Below, one piece after another: positions 26,224-37,325 of a stretch of DNA of 64,000 nt. This stretch comes from Mustelus asterias (Eukaryota), in assembly GCF_964213995.1 (NCBI RefSeq), contig NC_135814.1, positions 57,846,001 through 57,910,000 on the forward strand, given 5' to 3'. The first letter of the stretch is position 1. Every line of letters begins with the position of its first letter. A program made the translations under genes and the position numbers. The notes below the pieces were generated by a model, which did not search any database, had not been told where the DNA came from, and saw only the letters and a list, made by a program, of their open reading frames with translations.

Positions 26224-28179
26224 GTGGCCACCCGTACTTTAAGCGATAGATCTGGAAATCCAACAGACTGTGTACAAAGTGTTTTGTCTATCTAGTGGTG
26301 CCTACTCAAAGCACGGTCTATGTTTCCCAGTGTTGTCCTGCTCCGGAGCAATCCTGTGTATAAACAACTTACATTTGTGTAGAGACTCCTTGATTTGCTG
26401 CTACTTGGTTACATTAAACGGAATTTAAACTGATGTCAGCACATTGGTTGTATTGCGATAAAACGTTGACACCATCATTAGAATATATTTGTTTTATACA
26501 TGAATAAAACACGCATACTTCAACAGTCTCTTTAGTTGTGCAACCTGTAAATTGTTGTGTTTCCGCTGTACTGTTAGTGTATCATTCAGATAGAAATATA
26601 GAGAAATACAGACCCTTTGTCCTTCTATTCAGTTTGTCTGCTGGTTACTGGGTGAAGTGTAATAAAAGCGCCAGTGTCTGTACATTATGCAGTTATTTAC
26701 AAGTGCAATGGCACTATCACTGTGCTGATAAAGGTGTCAAGCCAATGTACTATTTATTTAAAATGCTCCACGTGAAATTAGCAGAACGTCATAGTCACGG
26801 CGAGAAAGCACATTTCTCGAATAACCTGAACGTGTCATTAAGCGATAGGCATCTTGAGGAAGGGACACAGATAAATAGAAAGATGTTCGAAACTTTGTTA
26901 CTTTTTCAACATCCGCGAACATCTTTCTTGTGCGTTTGGGACAATCTGAAGCAAGCTTATTTTAGTGGCAAGTGAATATGACCTGCTTTAGTGTTTATTG
27001 TGTCCATTTCAATACTGTCATAAAGACGCCGTTATCTGGATCATTACGTAAGTCAGATCCAATGTAATTAATACAAGGAAGATGTGAGCAAATACAAGAT
27101 CACAGTAGTTTTGGACTTACTCCTAGGTCCTCTGCACTATTTAATAGCTGCCATAGTTGTGATAATTTTTAAAAAACACGCTGCGTTGCAAAAATCAAAC
27201 GGCTAAGCAGAAAGTTCCACTCTTGTCCGTTGGTTTTGTACCTCACGTTTCCTCGTTACGATAACAATAAAATTTATAAACATTTCAGATTTGCTGACTG
27301 CTTGAAAAGTCATTTATGATTTACGATTAACTCTGGATGTGAACTGTTAGCCATTTCAGGAGGGACTGCAGAGGAATACGGTACTTTAGCAGGCCTTAAA
27401 TTCCCTCCATTTCTATCTGGAACAGTATTGTTGAATCGGATGTTAATATCACGATGGTTCAAAGTGGATTTCGTTCAAATGAGCTGATCAGCACTCTAAC
27501 ATTGACCTGCCCTGGTGGGAAATGATCGCTGGCTGTATAGATTATGAAAACAATTCTGAAATCTTGGGCTTTCCTCGATTGTAGCAATTAGCAATTATCC
27601 ACTAAGCACATGCTGGCACACATGTATTTTATAGATAATGTGGATGAAGGCATCTTTTAAAACAAAATCGTGCTTTAATCAATACATTTGCTTATTTCCT
27701 CGCAATATGACTTGATATCTATTGGAAGGAAGTTCCTTTCGGCCTCCTGTGCACAGAGATGTTTTATAGTTTCTCTTGTTGTTTGAACAATGTTATTTAT
27801 TATTATAGCGGGTATCCGACGCGGAGCACGCTGGAATGATTCATAGTTGCAAATACACTGGGTATATTAGTTAAAGGTACGAAAATAAACAGCAAAGTAC
27901 ACATTATATTGGCAAGCCACTGGGCAGGGATTTATTATAAGTGTATACATAAATGGGTGCTGAACGCAGACAGATTAATTTTACTTCACGTCACTATTTC
28001 ATTACTATTTCAAGCTGAAAACAATTGCGCGCCCTCATAAAACTAGAACTTCATTCTTTTTGGAGGATCCTCTGAAAACTTTACTGCTCAGGAGGTGTTG
28101 AATTGCAACGCCATCTATTGCCACCATTCTACATACAGTACTTCAGAACCGGAAGGGACGGGGTACAATAAACCCCACT

Positions 28180-28270
28180 ACTGGCTAGACGCCTGACCTT
28201 AATGACTTTATAGTTTTTTTCATGTAATTACGGACTTCTTTGAAATCAGCCAATTCAGATGTTTTGTCTG
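28180..28270 (+). promoter_or_regulatory. Paralogue of the Hoxc8 early enhancer, upstream of HoxD8
   Basis: Ordered motifs ACTGGCTAGACG, TTAATGACTTTATAG (Cdx-type), CTTTGAAATC (TCF/LEF-type) and ATGTTTTGTCT (Fox-type), as recalled for the Hoxc8 early enhancer core. Confidence 0.65.
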
Positions 28271-29288
28271 TTGACGACAAACAAAAACTCAGACGCTAGT
28301 TAAAGGAACGAAGACAATTAATTCCGCTTTGTCACTTGAGTCTGGACAATCGTATCTATTCCCAAACATACATGCAAGAAGCGCAATGAAATGAAATACA
28401 TTTGGCTGTACGGAAAAATTACATGTAATATTAATCCGCGTGCCCAGTTAAATAGCAATAACGCGGAAATCTACAGGGTTGCTTCATTAATTGATGAGTC
28501 ATGCGATAGAAAGTAAAACAGAGCTCTAAAGAAATAATACTTACGTTCAAGATATTTTATCATGCAAGATGCAAACGGTGGATAGGCGAATATGTATCAC
28601 AGGGTTGCTACTGGAAACTAAATTGAACACAGCATCCGTTTTATGGATGTATTTAATTTTGTATTTCCAAACGAATGTTTTTCATCTCGCTTACGTGCGC
28701 ATACAAATGTATCCATAAATCTTAAAATGTAGAAACAGCAGACAGGAAATACTGTTCTCAACCTATAAAAAACATATTTAGATCTTTCCACATATTGAAT
28801 AGTCGCTAATAATCTGTATTTCTGTTACTCTCTTTGTCTCTATATACACGTGCAGTCACCCATGCCCCCCTACCCCCGCTTTTATTCAAATTATTGGATC
28901 TTTAATAATACATAACATATACATGCAATCAACTAATTTAATTCATATTTGTTTTAGGGAGTCGTTAGAGAAATAACATACAGTTAGGCGACTGCTTCCT
29001 TTCAAATACCAAGTGCGTAAAGTTTCAAAAAGTCTTTTTAACTTTTTGAACCGCTGTGCTTTCACTGGAGAATGCTGATTGCCAAGTTAAAGTAGTGCAG
29101 GGCTGATCAGACAAACCTGCTCTGACAATTCTGAATCATTTTTACATAAAGCAATTTTTAAAAACATTTATTGAGATCTAATGGACCTTTTATGTCACGT
29201 ATCTTACAAGTATATTAACTGATTCTTAAATGATTCCCGCACAAAAATCAAAGTAGCCCCGTTCCACTTCAGTCGCAGTTCATTTCAT

Positions 29289-29308
29289 TATCCACTAGGC
29301 GGTGCTGT
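29289..29308 (+). promoter_or_regulatory. Candidate CTCF site
   Basis: CCACTAGGCGGTGCTG closely matches the CTCF core CCACYAGRKGGCGCTG. Confidence 0.5.
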
Positions 29309-32300
29309 CGCTCCACTATAGCAATTTGGGAAACCTGCAAATGACAACAGATACATTTTAAATCGGTTAAAGGGAAAGTAATATTTTTCATAGTGCGTTT
29401 AAATGTAGCAAATATGAAAAACAGTAATATCTGTAACGTGTTTTTGGAGAAATATAAAAATTCAAGTTTAATATTACAATTGCAAATACGCAAAAAAAAA
29501 TGTTCAAAATCAAAGACAGCAGACCATGTGCTCGCTTAAAGGTTAGAAGTTCCACATGACTTGTTTTGGAAATTTACCATTAAATAGTTGCATAGTAAAG
29601 ACTTTTGATCGTGAAAGTTTTGTGAGAACAAAACGAAGAATTATTCATAAGAATTTGCACCAGTTGCAACTTAAATTGTGACAAAAGCCTCCATATTTTT
29701 GTCTGCATTCTTCTTTGTTCGAATGATGTTCCTTCGGTGAAATTGTAAAATATGATCTTTGTAGAATGGTTAATTTGTACATTAAGTCAGGGTCAGACAA
29801 TTCGCAGTGAATTTCGAGAATAAGGATGACATTTTTTTATTTCTCAAAAAATCACTATTCTGGGATGAAAACTAAAATGTTACAATGTAGTGTAGCAGAA
29901 TTAAGACAAATGGAAATACACAGAGCGAATCTTTTCAAACTGTGCAACTATCGACTTTAACAGGCGTAAACATTTGTTTATTTCATTGTGCGCGTCAGCC
30001 CCCAAAGCAATAATCAGAGTCATGTCTCCAATTTAAAACAAAATCTCATTGGCGGCCAATTTTACAATCTCCCCCTTAAAATACTTTTTTCTGGGCATGT
30101 AATAGTTTCCAATCATTTCTGAAACATCTTTCATGCGTTTGAGGGCAGTTACAGATCGAAAAGTAAAATAAACTAAATTGCACATTGATTTGACTTCTCA
30201 CATGCTAGCTGTATGGCCATGCCCCGGAATAAATTAGCTGCAAATTGATAAATATTCGCAATAGAAAATATGAATAAGGTCTGCAGTTAAATTTAAATTA
30301 CATCTACAGAATGGCGTTCGAAGCCCAATTTTAACTTTACAAAACCGTTCCCAAGAATTCGGCAAAAATAAACCCCTACCTGCCGTTTTTAAAAAAAATA
30401 GATACTTCCCTGTTTTATATTAGTCACGAATCCCGCACTCCTTATTGCAATAAATACCATATACATTTATTTGCCGCCGATCATTGAGGAATCTGCCAAT
30501 AAACCCCGAGAAGTGTTAAGTTGTTCTTTCAGATTTCTGGCGCCGCTTCCCTTCGATTAGAAGAGGTTTTGTGATGGCGTCAAATAGCAAAGCGCAGAGA
30601 AAAAAAATCAAACAGATAAATAATAAATATATTTCAATTAACAACGATTGTATATTTAAGCTTCCCAACCTGGTGGGTCAGATTTTTAAAATAAGTAATT
30701 GATATGAATGCTTTATATATAAAAAAGGGAGGCAGCAGAAGGAGAGAGATTCTCGCCGTTACCATTTCTCCTTAAACGAACTATTTTGGTGAAATGGAGT
30801 TTAGCTCAGTAGTAAATTGGCTACGTAAATATGTACATAACAATGTTAATATGCCGCCTATTAATCGCAATGCTGATTGATGGAAAATTGTCCTCGTTGT
30901 GCAAAAGTGTGGTTTGCTGGTAATTTTAGCGCTGAATGCGATTATTGCCTCGATTCTATCGTGCAGCCCACAGCAGCTATTAGTTCTATTTCAAGGTACA
31001 AATTCACAAACACCTTTATAATTAAACAATAATAACACCTTTTAATTGTGACTTTTTAGCTGACTGATTTCCTTTTATGCAAATAAATGAAAAGTTACTG
31101 AAAAGGGACGTCGCAGTCTGCAGCACATTTTGGACTCATTTGAAATGCGCCCATTGGGGTGGAGTGAAAACAGCGAGTGAAGACATTTCTGACTTTATTT
31201 CCCTGAAGCACGCTGTGGAGCTGAGGCAACCACCGAAGCGTGAGGGACAAAGTTCACTGGTGGATACAAGTTTAACAGATCAAGGACTCTTTTCGTTTAA
31301 ACTTTAAACTCAGTCGCTGCAAGCAAATAAATTGGGATTCACTTTATCCACCAGCGATTCAGCTTATCTGCAACTAAAGCTAAGCAACTGGGGGACTTGC
31401 ACGCCTATCATCTCAGGCTTGCTGTTCCTCCCGATGCTGAAGTCCTTGGTGAAATTTCTAACCTCAATCTACAAACTTTGTGTTTGCCTGGAGACCCGAG
31501 CTGCTTTTCTGGGCAATGACGTGCGCCAGAGCTGAAATGATGGAAAATGTATTCACAAGCATGATTTTCATTAGCTAGCAATTAACCTACAAGTTTCAGT
31601 CAAGCGAACCTACTTTTTTTTCAATCTGAGCCAAGGGTAACTATTTTTCGCGTTATTTGTAGAAGAGATATTTCACATTTACTATCTTAATGTTGCCTGA
31701 TGCAATTTTTAAAAAAATAAGCTTCCACTTCTGTTTATCAGCCGCCCATTTAAACCCAACAACAAGAATTATTGTTGATTGATAACAGTTTACATGTAAC
31801 TTACAGAAATATCTATGCGTCAACTATACTTAAGCATGGGGTTGGAAATACATATATATGTGTGTGAGTGTGTGTGTAAATACAAGCTGGATAGACAGAC
31901 AGATTGACAGAGCCACGCAGATTCAACAAGATTTACAGAAAGAGCCAATAAAAAATAATCCCTGATCTTCATTCTAACCTTAGCCCTTCAGTCCTGTGGC
32001 TTATTCTCCTCATTTTTGACTATGTCTTGACCTTGAAACCAATCTCACCTTGTTGTGTTCTAAAATCTAATTGCTGTGCTGTAACCGGGCCAGCTTCATT
32101 TCTCTTCAGTTGAGTGGCGCACGTATTTCATGTTTTCTGTGATGCGGCCCGCCTAATTGTAATGAGAGTGTGCTGAATATATTAATCCGCATGTTATCTT
32201 TTTTTCCCGATCTGTGTGCCCTCTACATTTTTTTTACCCCCCCCCCAAAAAAAAAAATCATTTTCCAGCAGAGACGTGTTGCCCGCGAAAGCGGTAACTG

Positions 32301-32553
32301 TAAACGGCAGACAACGACCTTCCCAGCTGGCTGACTACTGAGCTGCGGTTTCTGAAAGCGAAGCAGCCAGAGCAGTGAGGCAGTTGTGTACCTACAGTAT
32401 TAGCGAGTATGTTCCACAGGGGCATCAGTGCATACAGGACCTGCATTGCCATCATGAGCACACTGTAAACCGGGGGACCCAAAATAACATTCCTCCTGTG
32501 CTGTTTAGCAGTGATTTTGTTGATATTCATTGGCCATTCCAGAGTCTGCACAG

Positions 32554-32980
32554 ATGAGTTCATATTTTGTGAATCCATTCTACTCCAAGTACAAGCCCGG
32601 AGAAGCTCTCAGTCCCACTTACTACGACTGCCGGTTTCCACAGGACGTGACCAGTAGACACACTGTCGTCTATGGTCCCAGCACCGGCGCAGGCTTCCAG
32701 CACCCAGCTCAAGTTCAAGATTTTTACCACCATGGGACATCTGCACTTCCTAACGCTGGCTTTCAGCAGAATCCTTGTGGAATTACGTGTCACGGTGACC
32801 CCTCTAAATTTTACGGATACGATAACTTACAAAGACAGCAAATTTTTACGACACAGCAAGAGGCCGATCTGGTACAATATCCTGACTGTAAATCGTCCAG
32901 CAGTAATATTGGCGAAGAACCAGAACACTTAAATCAGAACTCGTCTCCTACTCAAATGTTTCCCTGGATGAGACCTCAAG
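32554..32980 (+). CDS. HoxD8: HoxD8 exon 1
   Basis: [17 protein letters not shown]...[37 protein letters not shown]...[16 protein letters not shown]; phase-1 donor G|GTTGGA at 32981. Confidence 0.95.
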
Positions 32981-33222
32981 GTTGGATATATTAGAATTAG
33001 CTTCCATCTCACGTTTTACTGCTGCTCAGTTAAATCGCCAAGGTGTTTTAATGCTGTCTATAATAGTCTTGTCTGCTTTTATAGGAGCACTTTCTTTGTA
33101 TGGCATGGCCGTTCAAAGCAAAGATTTGTTCCTATGTGTGTCGCTCTTTGGTTTGCGTGCGTTTGATTCCCCCCCCCCCCCCCTCGTACTGATTGTCTTT
33201 CTGTGATTCTCGTGTTCTTTAG

Positions 33223-33518
33223 CAGCGCCCGGGAGACGCAGAGGGAGACAAACTTACAGCCGTTTCCAAACCCTGGAGTTGGAAAAGGAATTCCTCTTCA
33301 ATCCGTATCTGACTCGGAAGCGAAGGATCGAGGTTTCACATGCCCTAGGACTGACTGAGAGGCAGGTGAAGATTTGGTTTCAGAACAGAAGGATGAAATG
33401 GAAAAAGGAAAACAATAAGGACAAATTTCCCACCTCCCGGAACGACGAGGAGGAGGAAGAGGTGAAAAAAGAGCAGGAAGACCCCGAGCAGGAGACAACA
33501 GAAAAACAGACCAAGTAA
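33223..33518 (+). CDS. HoxD8: HoxD8 exon 2 (homeobox)
   Basis: Acceptor ttctttag|cag. Encodes [70 protein letters not shown] plus an acidic tail. Spliced protein is 240 aa. Confidence 0.96.
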
Positions 33519-33931
33519 CTTTACCCCCTTTGGCCTCCAAGCGAAACGTCATTCAGTTTGCGCTAATTCCACTGTTAAACGTGTTGAGGAGATTGAATCC
33601 TCCAACACAGCCATGGCTGGCTCGATGTAAACAATCCACCTGTTTATTTTTATCGAAGCTCTTTAGAGCCTTAATTCGACATTATTTCTAATGAATCCTG
33701 TGTGCATAATTTTAACATCCCCCCCTCCCCACCCCCCAATCACACCTTGACAGATCAGCCCTCCTATAGAATTTTGCCGCTCCCTTTAAAAGTGGAAAGC
33801 GGCAAAAAAAAATCTCAACAGAAATAGCCATTTGGAATAAAGATTTTATTGCTTTTTAATAAGACGAAAATATGAAATGATATGGTGATTGATTTAGTTT
33901 GCTGATTTTATTTCGCATTTTTGTGAATATA

Positions 33932-33952
33932 CCCAACAACATGAACTGCCTA
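33932..33952 (+). promoter_or_regulatory. miR-196 target site in the HoxD8 3' UTR
   Basis: CCCAACAACATGAACTGCCTA versus the miR-196a complement CCCAACAACATGAAACTACCTA: one missing A and one G:U pair. Confidence 0.85.
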
Positions 33953-34584
33953 ATAGATTGGATAATTTGGAATGTATTGCGAACACACTTAATTAATGAT
34001 AGAGAAAAGGAACCGTGCACTTACGATGTGTCTTAATTACTGTGCGTGTGAAATAATTGGTGGTGTATTGCGGCTGGAAATTCTCAACCATTACCTATCT
34101 CCGATACGCATATTATAAACACAAGCAAAAAAATAAAAATAAAAATGAATTACAAGGTATTCCGCAGCAATAGTCACTTTTTATGATGGTCGAATGTGAT
34201 TAAATTAATAAATGTTGATTAAATTTAATTGTCTACTTGTTTCATTTAACGACGAGCATCTCCAAAAGTAGACCCAACAGGAGTAGAAACTCATTGTGCT
34301 CGGATTGAGAAAGTCAGCCGGAGTGACTGGGTCACTACCTCGCCAGCTTTCTGTAACTGTTTGGAGGTTGTATTGCTCGCAGTGAAATCAGATGTCGTGT
34401 ATTTGTGTTTGTTTAGCTCCGTGGCCACAAGGTGCTTGTCTCCCCATACAGCACCGCCGCTCTGTTACATGGGTGCAAAAGCCTGAAGATGGCGTAATTC
34501 TTTATATGTAGTTATAAAAGTTAATGATATAGCCGATGATTAGAATATTAGTTTATCTGTGCCTCAAGTTAAAAGTCTTCCGAA

Positions 34585-34750
34585 TGACCATTGGCTGATC
34601 AGATCACATGCCTGGCTCATGTGTGGCTAAACCGACGCTGTAAAAGTTAGTGTTTGGTGTTAAACTGCGGTCTACTGTACGCGTATATCAGCAAATCTCG
34701 TAAAACCGGCAATAAAGTTCTAATACTACAAATCACTGGACAAACTGCGG
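34585..34750 (+). promoter_or_regulatory. Orphan Hox7-type promoter/5' UTR (candidate HoxD7 relic)
   Basis: CCATTGG and TCACATG, then TTTGGTGT...TATATCA..AATCTCGTAAAACCG...CTACAAATCA...CAAA, colinear with the recalled HOXB7/HOXA7 leader. No ATG or Hox ORF follows. Confidence 0.65.
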
Positions 34751-37179
34751 ATTTCTGGCCTCCATTTTATTCCTCCCTGCCTTAAAGGCTGGGAGCGAAA
34801 GCAAAATCTTCAGCTGTCGAAGAATCTTCCAGCTTCCCATTACATTTACCTTAATCGGCGATTAGGCCAAGTCGAAACTCTAATAGAATCAGCGCGCGGG
34901 TGTTGCATGCAAACCGCAACCATAGGAATTGGCAATTTCCAATCTCTTCCTTTGCGCGCATGATAAGCCTAAGTTAAGGAAAAGTATTGATAAGAGCAAA
35001 CAGGAAACAATCAAAATCGGGAGAGAAAAACGAAGCAGACATTATACAAATATTAAACAAACAATTGAAATCGCGCGTTTATTTGCAGGAGATAACATTT
35101 ACCCAGTGGATTCCAGAATCCATAACTTCAACCATCTCTGCTGCACCACACAGCTTCGGGCTTGCAATCGAATTGAATTATATGTTAGATAACTAAAAGT
35201 CAAACATCCTCATTCTATCAGGTAGTTTGAGAATGCGAAACAGCAATTAGCTCGTTCAAGGCGGGCAGCAGCTTTGAAATTCCACTTTTGTTTAAACAAA
35301 TCTATGTTGTCAATTTCATATATTCTAAGCTCAACGCACTATTTTAATGCAAAATATATTTTGCAAGCTATATTGGATATCACAATCGGCGCCCGATCAA
35401 AACAGAGAAATAATTTTACAGAATAAATCAACTCGGAATAAATGTTTATTCTGGAAATTGCCTTCTCGTATCTGAAGGGAATTCTCTGTCCCAAATGAAC
35501 AGTTTTCACAAGTCTCTCTTGTTTTACAACCAGATGATTTTCCCCCCAATATTTTTGCACTACGATCCGTTTTTAGAAAACATGCAGATTTAAAGTTTCA
35601 TTCAATCTGTTGGCAAAATGATCCTCACAAAAAAAAAGTTAATTTTGTATCGGCTCCCATTTACGAATCGGACGGTCAAATGCGGGTCTTCACCGTAATA
35701 GCGGCCACGAAAGTGACCGCACATTCACGGCAGATCTAGGCCGTATTGATAGTCTTATCAGATGGTAGGAATCGCCTGTTGTCTCTGAAAGATGATGCAC
35801 TGAACGACGACGCATTGGGTGGAATTCGTATTTTGAGATCAGCGTTGCTTCCACAGATTTTTAATAAAGAATGGAGATCAAAAAAGCCAAACATGCATTA
35901 AAAACTCTCCCCTGAATCATTGCAAAATGTTCAATGTGGTTCTTCAAGAACCTTCATTTGGGTTTTTTTTAAACCTCTGCAGAAATTCCTCCACCACTGA
36001 CTCTCCAACAGCATCCACCCCAGACCGAGACTTTCCCCATCCACACCGAGGGTAACTTGCACGGCCGAACGTTCTATTCAGAATGTCTTCAATTGGAGGC
36101 TGCTCTTCTACTAGTTTTATTCTTATCATAAATTAAAAATGAGTTACCGGCACGTATCTGGTTACGCTGTTTCTGATTTTTTCCCCCCGTAAGATCAGAT
36201 CAAAGCATCAAACCAGAGGCAACCGAGTGATAGATAGCCTTTCACTCGAGTTAAACCAGCGAAAAGCATACGGTTAGGGGGAAAATGTAAATTTTAACCA
36301 TCATTTTTTTCCGCCTCTTAATGAATGGGGTCGCCGTGAATTGGACACGGCGGAGCATTAGGTGCCGAGTCCGCTCACCGCCACTGAAGGGAGAAATTAC
36401 AGAACCAACTGATTTAAAAGGTTTAAATATGTAAACCAACGCCGGAGTCATTTTATCCGGTTAAGACAAACCTTAGTGATCAGTGGCATGTGTTCTTGTA
36501 TTTGATATAGATACACTTTCTACTTCCAATGGATACACGAGGAATATAATACAATGCTCCCTCTGATTGGAATGGAAGTGCAACATATAATTAGTTGCCT
36601 ATATATACACGCCGATATTTAATCTTCAATCTCTCACCTGTGCAGAATGTACCATGCAACATTTAGAATAAATTAATAAATGCTTTTATTATTGATTGCC
36701 ATTTGAAGGAAGGAAGTCGCCGTAGTTTTACTATATTTAATAGGCAAACACGCTTCTGCTTGGTTTATTTCCTACTCTTCACTTGGCCATATCGAATGGG
36801 CTGTGAAAATCTGGGCAATAAGAAAAATAAGTGTATTTCTGCTGCATAACTGGCGGCATTGGAGATTGTGATCAGCCCACATTTAATCATTTGTTGACCT
36901 TGCTTTTTTCCCCCCAAAATTCGAATGTCTCTCCTTTGACTTATTCGAACCATGAACTAAGAAACGGCTAGATGCACACACACAACTGGCAGTGATTTGA
37001 TTGCTGGACTGCGGAATATCTACTGCATTGGGAGAGGTTTCTCCTTATGTTGTCGCGGCATTTCCGCTTATATAGTTAGTTAAGGCGTTCGTTACAATAC
37101 ACACGATAACAAATAGCTGCAGCGAAGAACTCGTTAAAGGAAACATGGCGCTTGCGAGCAGTACTTGTGAAATCCGCAA

Positions 37180-37325
37180 GGAATTGCTGCGAATTCCTTT
37201 TTGTTTGAAGAAAATTTACAACTTTGTAATGGACCTTTTACGACGGAGACTCCTTTCCTATTGGCTGTCATTGGTCATGTGAATCTAGTAACAGCGTTCA
37301 TGGCCTTTTCATGATTTCCCTTGTG
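37180..37325 (+). promoter_or_regulatory. Conserved Hox8/7-6 four-cluster-type element / orphan promoter
   Basis: GAAAATTTACAACTTTGTAAT...TTTTACGA...ATTGGCTGTCATTGGTCATGTG...TTTTCATGATTTCCC resembles the element recalled from the Hox7-Hox6 interval of all four clusters. Confidence 0.65.

Noticed and set aside
28473-28608. Repeated ACAGGGTTGCT (contains a miR-10 seed match) about 125 nt apart
   Set aside because: Intergenic, well beyond the HoxD9 poly(A) signals; an 11-mer pair can arise by chance.
34334-34340. Second miR-196 seed match ACTACCT
   Set aside because: Lies downstream of the clustered AATAAA signals of HoxD8, so probably outside the mRNA.
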